Shown: positions 9,962 through 17,674 of the stretch, in pieces
Numbering within the stretch: position 1 is the first letter of the stretch
Layout: every line of letters starts with the position of its first letter
Source of the DNA: Sedimentisphaera cyanobacteriorum
GTDB taxonomy: Bacteria > Planctomycetota > Phycisphaerae > Sedimentisphaerales > Sedimentisphaeraceae
Direction: 5' to 3'
Length of the DNA stretch: 32,000 nt
Assembly (NCBI RefSeq): GCF_001997385.1
Contig: NZ_CP019633.1
Location: forward strand, 2,280,001 to 2,312,000
The notes under the pieces: model-generated
What the model saw: the letters and a program-made list of their open reading frames with translations, nothing else
What the model was told of the DNA's origin: nothing
Database searches by the model: none
Program-made: the position numbers and the translations under genes

Positions 9962-10837
9962 ATGAAAAAGGCTTTTACTTTAATAGAGCTTTTGGTTGTT
10001 ATATCAATCATAGCCCTTTTGATGGCTATCCTTATGCCCGCTTTGGGCAGGGCCAGAGAGCAGGCTAAAAACGTTGTATGCAAGACGAATATGCACGGCG
10101 CTGTTGTCGGTCTGAACGCATACCACGCCGACAACTACGACTACCCCAAGCACCCCTGCGCTCACGTGCGTCCGAATGCCCTCGCAAGAAACAAAACCTA
10201 CAACCCCCAGGACCCCGAAAACAGCGATACTTACACCTACAAGTATCTGAAGGGCTATATTGATGATGTGGGCGTGTTTAACTGTCCTCTTTCGGGATTT
10301 GATGAAACAGATATTGCTATGAATGCAGGCGGCGAGCCGCTTACATATCAGGAGGCCTACCAGAACAAAAACGACTGGTTCCATAAGTCGAACAACAAAA
10401 TCCTGAACTGCTCATACGCACTGTACTGGAACTACAAGCCGTATAAAAACAATCCGGGCGGGTTTGAAGGCCCGGGCAAGAGCTCCCAGTCCCAGTCCAG
10501 CCTGCTGATAAGCGACTACTTCGCATACTACAATCAGCTCAGGCCGTCCCAGAGCTGGGTTTGCACTCACAAGCTCGAGGGCGGCTCGCTTACCCGTTCA
10601 GACGGAATGCCCTATTACGCCCTGAAAGATGAAAGCCCCGGGCAGTGGGTTACTACTGATTCGGAGGGATTTACAGTGCTGAAAGAAAACTCGCCTTTTG
10701 ATGATATCAAGCTAAACTGCGGCTACACCGACGGGAGCGTGAAATCTATCAAGGGCAGCGATACTATGAGGCAGAGGGCATACGCAGGCGCGGATGCATG
10801 GTGCGAGCACTTTATGCCCTCAAAGAGGCGCTGGTAG
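9962..10837 (+). CDS. Prepilin-type N-terminal cleavage/methylation domain protein (pseudopilin-like, DUF1559-like)
   Basis: MKKAFTLIELLVVISIIALLMAILMPALGRAREQAK is a class III signal with the conserved Glu at +5. The C-terminal CGYTDGSVKSI resembles a degenerate H-X9-DG motif. The ATG at 9962 is preceded by AGGTGA, so I prefer it to the TTG at 9944. Confidence 0.85.
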   Translation: MKKAFTLIELLVVISIIALLMAILMPALGRAREQAKNVVCKTNMHGAVVGLNAYHADNYDYPKHPCAHVRPNALARNKTYNPQDPENSDTYTYKYLKGYIDDVGVFNCPLSGFDETDIAMNAGGEPLTYQEAYQNKNDWFHKSNNKILNCSYALYWNYKPYKNNPGGFEGPGKSSQSQSSLLISDYFAYYNQLRPSQSWVCTHKLEGGSLTRSDGMPYYALKDESPGQWVTTDSEGFTVLKENSPFDDIKLNCGYTDGSVKSIKGSDTMRQRAYAGADAWCEHFMPSKRRW

Positions 10838-10914
10838 GATTATAAGCCACCCGATTTATCTCTCAAGCAGCTGAAAAACAAATAATCCTATTGAGGCAGG
10901 ATTTGCAGCTGTCT

Positions 10915-10950
10915 TTCGCAAAATGGGGAATTGTTTTTCGCAAATTAGGG
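10915..10950 (+). promoter_or_regulatory. Tandem direct-repeat motif (site A)
   Basis: TTCGCAAAATGGGG-aattgttt-TTCGCAAATTAGGG, followed by TTGT. It ends 91 nt upstream of the Tat-FAD oxidoreductase start. Confidence 0.5.
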
Positions 10951-11040
10951 TTGTGCCTTTGAAGTTCGCCATTATATTAGAGGCCTGTTATTAAACAGCA
11001 AATTGTTTATTTTAACTGAATCTCAGCGGGAAAAACGGAT

Positions 11041-12837
11041 ATGATAAAAAGACGGGATTTCTTAAAGGCCTCAGCCGCAGCGGGCATTTCATTGAATTTC
11101 AGCCAGCCAGCCGCTTTTGGCGATTCTGATAAAAGCTCACTTCTGATTGAAGCAGTGCAGTTTGACAATACTGGCGGATGGAAGATTGATACGCAGTTCC
11201 ACAACACTCTGGGCTTCAGTTATTTGCTTGCCCACGGGATGGGCAGCCCTGTGAAAAACGCTCAAACAAAAGCCCTATTTAAGAAAGCCGGTTTGTATAA
11301 TGTCTGGGTGCATACAAAAGACTGGTGCCCGGGAAATTGGCACGCACCGGGCAGATTTAAGCTTAAGGTTGGCGGGGAATACCTAAACGAGATTTTCGGA
11401 AATAAACCCGGATGGAAATGGCATTACGGCGGGAAGATTCAAATCAGGCAGGGCGAAGCTCTTGTGGAGCTGGAAGACCTTACCGGCTTTGACGGGCGGT
11501 GTTCGGCGGTGTATTTCACTCAGGATGATAATGAAACGCCTCCGAATGATAGAGAAAAACTGCTCCGCTGGAGGCTTAATAAGAATGCAGGAGCTAAGGC
11601 GGCTGAAAAGAAAAAGTTTGATGTTGTTATAGCAGGCGGCGGTATAAGCGGCTGCGCAACGGCATTGGCCGCTGAATCTCAAGGCCTGAAGACTGCGTTA
11701 ATTCACAACAGACCCGTGCTGGGCGGGAACGCCAGCGGGGAGATTCGTGTTCATACATTAGGCCTCCACGGGAATGCCGGAGATATATTAAGCAAGATCG
11801 ATACCGAGCATTATCCCAACGGCTCAGAGAAGGCTTTTCACGATGACCGAAAACGCACGAAAAATATGAATGAAGCCGAAGGGGTATCCCAGTTTCTTAT
11901 GCACACGCTGATTTCAGCAGATTCACAAGGGGGCGAAATAAAATCAATTCAGGCCTTCGAGCATTTAACAGGCAGAAGAACGATTTTCGAGGCAGAGGTT
12001 TTCATAGACTGCACAGGCGATGGATGGCTCGGCCGGCTTGCAGGGGCAGATTGGGTTTACGGCCGCGAGCCGGAATCTAAATACAGCGAAGGCTGGGATA
12101 AGCACGGCGATTTGTGGTGTCCTGAGAAGGCGGATAATCGGGTGATGGGGACGAGCGTTTTATGGAACACTGAAAAGGGAAGCGAAGAAGTTCAGTTTCC
12201 GGAAGTTCCTTGGGCAATGCCCGTTGCAAAAGACCACACCTCTCCCAGCGGCGAGTGGTACTGGGAATATTCGCATAACAGCCTCAATCAGATCAGCGAT
12301 GCAGAACAGATACGAGACCATTTCTTCCGAGCTATATACGGCACATATTCAAACACAATCAAGCAGGACAAGCACAAAAAAAGAAGGCTCAAGTGGGTTG
12401 GGTACAATGCGGGGAAACGAGAATCTGCACGCCTGCTCGGGGATTATATCTACACGGGCAATGATGCGTTTGAGTCGAAAAAATTCAATGATGCGGTTGC
12501 GGTGGAGAAGCGCTCGATTGATGTTCATTATCAGCGATCGCTCACCGGCTCTAAGTATGATTTTCTCTCTGAGGCAATCTACCGAAAGCCTAAAGAGAAA
12601 TTTTATTACATCCCCTTCCGCAGTCTTTATTCTCGGAATATAGGCAATCTTATGATGGCAGGCAGATGCTTCAGCTGCTCGCACATCGGCCTTGGCGGGC
12701 CGCGTGTTATGAACACCTGCGGACAGATGGGGGCTGCTGCGGGATTTGCTGCTGCTCTGTGCAGAAAATTCGATAAATCCCCAAGGCAGGTTGGCAAAGA
12801 CCATATCGGAGAGCTTAGGAAGCTGTGCAAATTTTAG
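11041..12837 (+). CDS. Tat-exported FAD-dependent oxidoreductase with an N-terminal beta-sandwich-like domain
   Basis: Twin-arginine signal MIKRRDFLKASAAAGISL. A ~190-aa N-terminal domain precedes the dinucleotide-binding motif DVVIAGGGISGCATALAAE and RPVLGGNASGEIRVH. This is a paralog of the 20086 gene (shared GKRES.R..GDY and AGR..S.SH blocks). Confidence 0.8.
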   Translation: MIKRRDFLKASAAAGISLNFSQPAAFGDSDKSSLLIEAVQFDNTGGWKIDTQFHNTLGFSYLLAHGMGSPVKNAQTKALFKKAGLYNVWVHTKDWCPGNWHAPGRFKLKVGGEYLNEIFGNKPGWKWHYGGKIQIRQGEALVELEDLTGFDGRCSAVYFTQDDNETPPNDREKLLRWRLNKNAGAKAAEKKKFDVVIAGGGISGCATALAAESQGLKTALIHNRPVLGGNASGEIRVHTLGLHGNAGDILSKIDTEHYPNGSEKAFHDDRKRTKNMNEAEGVSQFLMHTLISADSQGGEIKSIQAFEHLTGRRTIFEAEVFIDCTGDGWLGRLAGADWVYGREPESKYSEGWDKHGDLWCPEKADNRVMGTSVLWNTEKGSEEVQFPEVPWAMPVAKDHTSPSGEWYWEYSHNSLNQISDAEQIRDHFFRAIYGTYSNTIKQDKHKKRRLKWVGYNAGKRESARLLGDYIYTGNDAFESKKFNDAVAVEKRSIDVHYQRSLTGSKYDFLSEAIYRKPKEKFYYIPFRSLYSRNIGNLMMAGRCFSCSHIGLGGPRVMNTCGQMGAAAGFAAALCRKFDKSPRQVGKDHIGELRKLCKF

Positions 12838-12967
12838 CCTTCAATACTCTTCTCGATACACGTATATAGCCGGCAAAGCCTGCACACTTTCTCATTCTGT
12901 TTGAATCTAACACTTCCTGCGGGGTATCCCTGCTGAGTTGATACTCCAAGTTTGCGCTTTTTGATTC

Positions 12968-13002
12968 TTCGTAAAATGGTGAATTATTTTCGCAAAATGG
13001 GG
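12968..13002 (+). promoter_or_regulatory. Tandem direct-repeat motif (site B)
   Basis: TTCGTAAAATGGTG-aattatt-TTCGCAAAATGGGG, followed by TTTT. It ends 295 nt upstream of the PEP-CTERM gene start. Confidence 0.55.
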
Positions 13003-13296
13003 TTTTATTACAAGAAAATTATGCAATCATATTATTTAAGTTTTGCTGAATGATTAAAGAAAGGTTTAGAGCTATAAACAATAATCCGGAAATTGAAAAA
13101 ATAGGTGTCAGGATAAATGGAAGTTCGGGTTGTTGTCAGCCTTTTATGTTAAAAGCCCTTAGTGATATTCCCTTTCACCGCAAATCTGAGCGGTAAGAAG
13201 CTGATGAACGCCCTTTCTGAATGCGTTCGGTGCGGGAATTTTTGTGTTTCTCATTAAAGAGTATTTTGTTATGTTAAATTTTTAAGGTGTTAGATT

Positions 13297-14184
13297 ATGA
13301 TGACGAAAAAGCTTTTCAAAAATTGTTTTCTGATTGTTAGTTTCATTTCTTTGAGTATTTGCGGCAGAGCTTACGGCTTGGCTGATGTTATTGAAACATT
13401 TAATGACTATCAGACCGGTGATTTGCGTGATACTTCCGGCAAAGGCACTGGATTTTCGAGTGAGGCTGATACATGGGAGGCTAATACAAGCCATTACAAA
13501 GCGAGGGAGGATGATCTATCTGCGCCGGCGGAAACCGGCTATGCCCTCGAGCAGAGCGGAACTGCTCAGAGCGTTCAAGGGCAGTCAACTAACCAGCGCC
13601 GTCAAAGCAGAAGACTTGATCACGAAGAGCTTGTAGGTACAAGCTGGTTTTCCTTTTTAGTGAAGAACACTAAATCTACTCAGATTGCAGGAATTGATTT
13701 TTACGACGGTTCATATTACGACAGCTACCATGTGGATAAGGCAAGGGAAATTTCCCTGCGGGGGACGAGCCTTTATGTTGAAGGAAGCGGCGGTACAGGT
13801 GAAAGCGGTATTGACGTAAGCAGCAAGACCTCTCTGAATGAAAACGCTTTAATACTCGGGAAATTTATGCCAAATGGCCTTTCCGAATCTGCTAATCTTC
13901 AGGTTTGGGTGAACCCTGATGTTTCTAATGACGCCGCCGGCCTTGGCACGCCCGATTTCGAGCAGCTCAGCGACCTTGGCTGGGGCAATATGGACAGGCT
14001 GAAAAATCTCGGCCTTCTCGCCTATGATACCGAAGGCAGCTGGGGCGGCCAGATTGATTCTTTGTATATCAGCAATGAAACTTCGGCTTTTCAGGATGTT
14101 ACCGGTGTACCTGAACCTGCCGCTTTAACCCTCTTAGCTCTGGGCGGTCTGGCGTTAAGGAGAAGGCAGAAACTTCGATCTTAA
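13297..14184 (+). CDS. Secreted PEP-CTERM-anchored protein carrying the shared N-terminal module
   Basis: Signal peptide MMTKKLFKNCFLIVSFISLSICGRAYG. The C-terminus VPEPAALTLLALGGLALRRRQKLRS is a PEP motif, a hydrophobic helix and a basic tail. The body is ~60% identical by eye to residues ~28-270 of the 17675 product. Confidence 0.8.
   Translation: MMTKKLFKNCFLIVSFISLSICGRAYGLADVIETFNDYQTGDLRDTSGKGTGFSSEADTWEANTSHYKAREDDLSAPAETGYALEQSGTAQSVQGQSTNQRRQSRRLDHEELVGTSWFSFLVKNTKSTQIAGIDFYDGSYYDSYHVDKAREISLRGTSLYVEGSGGTGESGIDVSSKTSLNENALILGKFMPNGLSESANLQVWVNPDVSNDAAGLGTPDFEQLSDLGWGNMDRLKNLGLLAYDTEGSWGGQIDSLYISNETSAFQDVTGVPEPAALTLLALGGLALRRRQKLRS
13939..13986 (+). repeat. 48-nt stretch identical to 18311..18358
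   Basis: GGCCTTGGCACGCCCGATTTCGAGCAGCTCAGCGACCTTGGCTGGGGC occurs in both paralogs and encodes GLGTPDFEQLSDLGWG. Confidence 0.9.
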
Positions 14185-14352
14185 GGAATTGGAATCCTTC
14201 ATTATTATTTTCCATATTTCCAAAACTGATTTGCTTGAGAATTAACGGAGAATAATAAAAAACATTTAAGGCTGCTTGTTAAAATGCTTTCAATCTTTTT
14301 TGCATGAATAGATTTACCAACCTGTAACTAAAAAAGCATTTCTTTTTCGGTC

Positions 14353-14387
14353 TTCGTAAAATGGGGAATTATTTTCGCAATTTGGGG
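14353..14387 (+). promoter_or_regulatory. Tandem direct-repeat motif (site C)
   Basis: TTCGTAAAATGGGG-aattatt-TTCGCAATTTGGGG, followed by TTGT. It ends 108 nt upstream of the GTG start at 14495. Confidence 0.55.
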
Positions 14388-14494
14388 TTGTAGAAAAAAG
14401 TGATTATGCGAAGATACACTCGACGTATATTTGAATTGTTATCGCAGCGGCTTCAAAGCCGAGAATTAAAATTAAATTCTTAAAAGGAGAAATT

Positions 14495-15307
14495 GTGAAA
14501 AATAGGAAAAATCGAACTTCCGGTTTTACTCTTATTGAACTGCTTGTTGTTATTTCCATCATCGCTTTGCTCATGTCAATTCTTATGCCTGCTCTAAATA
14601 AGGCCCGCGAACAGGCCCGCAATGTTGTATGCCAGAGCAATGTAAAGCAGTGGGGGCTTATTTTCAGTATGTACACCGATGACAGCGACGGATATTTCCC
14701 CGCAGATTGTCATAAAGATGACGGCAGATGGACGTGGTTTTTATCAATGAAGCCCTATTATGCGGGCAAATTTGAGATTCTTCTGTGTCCGACAACCAAG
14801 GCCGCTCCGGAAGACAGAGGGGGGAGGCTGAATAACCGCTGGCAGTGGAACGTCCGCTGGTGGACCCCGAACGTTTTTGAGACAGAGATGCTGGAAGACA
14901 GAGATGCCGAAGAGCTTGGAGGCAGCTATGGACAGAACTGGTGGGTTACGAGCAATGATTCATGGACTGCTACCTACCCTACAGAGAATAAATTCAAGCG
15001 GGTTGACAATGTTCAAAAGCCCTCTTCTGTTCCTGTAATCGGAGACTGCGGTTCGTTTGTGGTTCGCCCTACCAGATTTGCAGATCCTCCCGAAAGCGAC
15101 GGTGATTACTCTTATGAAAGCTCTAATGAGATGAAGCGTGTTTGCACGAATCGTCATAACAACGGCCGGGTTAACTGGGTTTTCGCAGACTTTTCCGTTC
15201 AGCAGGTTAAGCTCAAAGAGCTTTGGGATATACCTTGGCACCGCAAATGGAAGCCGAGGGAAGATGAGATCGAATGGCCGGACTGGATGCGTTCTCTGCC
15301 GGAATGA
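14495..15307 (+). CDS. Prepilin-type N-terminal cleavage/methylation domain protein (pseudopilin-like, DUF1559-like)
   Basis: GTG start preceded by AAAGGAGA. NRTSGFTLIELLVVISIIALLMSILMPALNKAREQARN has the canonical G/FTLIE cleavage site. The C-terminal HNNGRVNWVFADFSV is a divergent H-X9-DG-like motif. Confidence 0.85.
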   Translation: MKNRKNRTSGFTLIELLVVISIIALLMSILMPALNKAREQARNVVCQSNVKQWGLIFSMYTDDSDGYFPADCHKDDGRWTWFLSMKPYYAGKFEILLCPTTKAAPEDRGGRLNNRWQWNVRWWTPNVFETEMLEDRDAEELGGSYGQNWWVTSNDSWTATYPTENKFKRVDNVQKPSSVPVIGDCGSFVVRPTRFADPPESDGDYSYESSNEMKRVCTNRHNNGRVNWVFADFSVQQVKLKELWDIPWHRKWKPREDEIEWPDWMRSLPE

Positions 15308-15380
15308 CTGCGTTTTTAAGGCTTTTCTCTAAATCAAAGAGTATTTTTTAATGTTAAATTATTTTTTAAGGCGGAAAATT

Positions 15381-17633
15381 ATGATGAAGAAATTTTTACT
15401 GTTGATGGTTGTGTCCATTATGTGTTTGGCCGGTACTTCTCAAGCACTTTTTGTGATGGATAATTTTAATGAGCTTGATGTGGCAGAGATGCGCTGGACT
15501 GCATCCGACAGCGGCGTTGGTTTTGCCCCAGGCTCGGGCTGGCACGTTAATACCTCCACGATTCGTTTGCGGGATCGGGATCTGACAGCTCCTTCAAGTA
15601 CCAACTTCGGCTTAACCCAGACAGGAAATACACGTCTTGTTCAGGGTACTTATGAGGGCGAGCGTCAGCAGGCCCGTCAAATAGCCGAATTGATGGACGG
15701 GACAGTTTGGTTCAGCTTCTTGTACAAGCATGTTTCCGAAGGTTCCGGAGGCGGCCTTGGTTTCAACAGAAGCGGCTATTCCACAACCGCTCCGAGGGTT
15801 ATTGCTGATCAGGGCGATTTGATACTGGATTTCTCTGAGGATGAGTATGATGTAGTTTTATCCGATGTTTTGAACGCGGGAGAAACCTATCTGATTGTTG
15901 GAAGGATTGAAGTTGATGCCGGCGATAACGGCGAAGATTATGTTTCAGTTTGGCTGAATCCCGATGTAACCAATCCGGGCATGGCAGCAGCGTCTCAAAG
16001 CGGGGCAGATTTCGTAGGCGACGGCATTGATTATTTGTGTCTGCCCAGTTTTTACACAGGCAGTATAAACGTCGGCGGGGAGATAGATATGGTGTATGCA
16101 AGCAATGATGCTGATGCATACAAAGATGTTACCGGAGCGGATTATCCATCGTATGCCTACAGCCCAACCCCTTCAAATGGGCAGAATGGCGTTGGAGAAG
16201 TAACAGATTCACAGGTTGAGCTTACCCTTTCCTGGAAAACCGGCGCCGACCCTGATGGAGTGGAAGATTATGACCCGAGGATAAAGAAGCATTATGTTTA
16301 TCTAAACAGTGCGGATGAAATAGACCCCAACAACCCCGACCTGACACTGGTTGAAACAGTTTCAGTAACAGGTGCAGATGCCTCATCAAGCGTGCTTACC
16401 CTCGATTTAAACGGCCAATACTACTGGCTTGTTGAAGAGGGGCTGGAAGACGGACAGGGCGGAGTTTATCCTGCCGGGGATGAAAACAACTTTCAAGGAG
16501 AGCTTTGGTCTTTCCAAACAAAGGAAAGTGTTCCGGTAATCGAAGGCCAGCCTGAGGATCAGGTTGTGTTTGAGGGCGAAACAGCAAACTTTGAAATAAC
16601 AGCCGCTTCTGAAAAGCCAATAACGAATTATCAGTGGTATAAATCCACTGATGATACTAACCAAACACCTGCTGATGATACAGCTCTTGATTCAGGAGCT
16701 TCTCTTAATTTGATTGCTATTGAGAATGCAGCGGCTTCAGATGAGGGATACTACTATTGCGTGGTTTCAAACAGCGCAGGTGATAAAGCCTCGCAAACTG
16801 CAGTTTTAGGCCTCAAAAAGATTCTTGCACACTGGACTATGAACCAAAGCGATGTGCTTGGAGGTGAACTGCTGGATGTGCAAAGCGGAAATAATGCTGT
16901 AATTCAGGGAACGCCGGAATTTGCACAAGGGGCTGACGGCGCAGAAAACGGCGCTCTGGTTATCTCTGAAGACGTGTATGCTTCAGCTCCAGGGACTATA
17001 GACCCGCCATCTGATTTCGGAATGATGAGCTTGAGCGTCTGGGTAAACTGGCACGGGCCGTTAGGCTCTAATTACCAGAGGATTATCTCTAAATCCACAG
17101 ACAGCTGGTCGAGCACAAATTCCTCATGGACACTCGGTAATCAGGCTGGACAGCAGGGAAGCGGAAACATAAGCTACTATTCATACAATGCAGCGGGAAC
17201 CTCTTCAGCAGAGATGGTTAATGATCAGGCCGAATCCCCCGATACTTTCCAGCATTATGTCTTGGTTTATGACGGGCAGGAAGCTAAGACCTATTTTGAC
17301 GGACAGCTTGCTGCTGTGGATGAAATTGACGTGGCTGATTTCTACAATCAAGCCGCTGCTGCTGCGCCAATTGCAATTGGTGCCGGATACGCAGATGACG
17401 GGGCTCACCGATTCAACGGTGCACTGGATGATATTCGGATCTACAACTACAGCCTCTCTGCAGATGAGGTAGGAGACCTCTATTATGATGTAACTGGAGA
17501 GCCGGCATGTGTTTATCCAGTTGAATACGGCGATTATGACAACGACTGCGATGTAGATGTTGCAGATTTGATGATTTTTATTATGAACGGTTGGCTTGAC
17601 TGCGGTTTGTATCCAGAAGAAGGCTGCATGTAA
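15381..17633 (+). CDS. Secreted multidomain surface protein: shared N-module, Fn3-like, Ig-like, LamG (Laminin_G_3-like), 4-Cys dockerin-like tail
   Basis: Signal MMKKFLLLMVVSIMCLAGTSQA. The Ig-like block is YQWYK...DEGYYYCVVSNSAGD. The LamG-type ending is FNGALDDIRIYNYSLSADEVGDLYYDV. The tail is GDYDNDCDVDVADLMIFIMNGWLDCGLYPEEGCM. I prefer the start at 15381 because the leader is conserved with the 13297 gene, where the equivalent upstream ATG hits a stop after 4 codons. Confidence 0.8.
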   Translation: MMKKFLLLMVVSIMCLAGTSQALFVMDNFNELDVAEMRWTASDSGVGFAPGSGWHVNTSTIRLRDRDLTAPSSTNFGLTQTGNTRLVQGTYEGERQQARQIAELMDGTVWFSFLYKHVSEGSGGGLGFNRSGYSTTAPRVIADQGDLILDFSEDEYDVVLSDVLNAGETYLIVGRIEVDAGDNGEDYVSVWLNPDVTNPGMAAASQSGADFVGDGIDYLCLPSFYTGSINVGGEIDMVYASNDADAYKDVTGADYPSYAYSPTPSNGQNGVGEVTDSQVELTLSWKTGADPDGVEDYDPRIKKHYVYLNSADEIDPNNPDLTLVETVSVTGADASSSVLTLDLNGQYYWLVEEGLEDGQGGVYPAGDENNFQGELWSFQTKESVPVIEGQPEDQVVFEGETANFEITAASEKPITNYQWYKSTDDTNQTPADDTALDSGASLNLIAIENAAASDEGYYYCVVSNSAGDKASQTAVLGLKKILAHWTMNQSDVLGGELLDVQSGNNAVIQGTPEFAQGADGAENGALVISEDVYASAPGTIDPPSDFGMMSLSVWVNWHGPLGSNYQRIISKSTDSWSSTNSSWTLGNQAGQQGSGNISYYSYNAAGTSSAEMVNDQAESPDTFQHYVLVYDGQEAKTYFDGQLAAVDEIDVADFYNQAAAAAPIAIGAGYADDGAHRFNGALDDIRIYNYSLSADEVGDLYYDVTGEPACVYPVEYGDYDNDCDVDVADLMIFIMNGWLDCGLYPEEGCM

Positions 17634-17674
17634 ATTAAGCTGATGAGTAAAATCAATACAGAAAGGAAATTATT

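Noticed and set aside
9868-10134. 88-aa minus-strand ORF that resembles another minus-strand ORF at 14404..14676
   Set aside because: Both are antisense to the highly conserved prepilin N-terminal segment (FTLIELLVVISIIALLM). Their similarity to each other is a mirror of that conservation and does not indicate a gene family.
10836-10889. 8-bp inverted repeat AGGATTAT...ATAATCCT just after the first pseudopilin gene, considered as a terminator
   Set aside because: The loop is 38 nt, the stem is AT-rich and no T-run follows. That is too weak to call an intrinsic terminator.
13021-13152. Mini-ORFs in the long leader (MQSYYLSFAE at 13021..13053, MEVRVVVSLLC at 13117..13152) considered as leader peptides
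   Set aside because: Neither has a convincing ribosome-binding site at proper spacing, and neither is enriched in regulatory codons. I cannot tell them from chance ORFs.
15351-15380. ORF-track start codons at 15351, and similarly at 3936 and 9944
   Set aside because: The equivalent ATG upstream of the 13297 paralog hits a stop after 4 codons, so 15381 (ATGATG, after TAAGG) is the likelier start. The 3936 start overlaps the upstream gene, while 3969 begins a clean lipoprotein signal. The 9944 start is a TTG upstream of a good AGGTGA-ATG at 9962.
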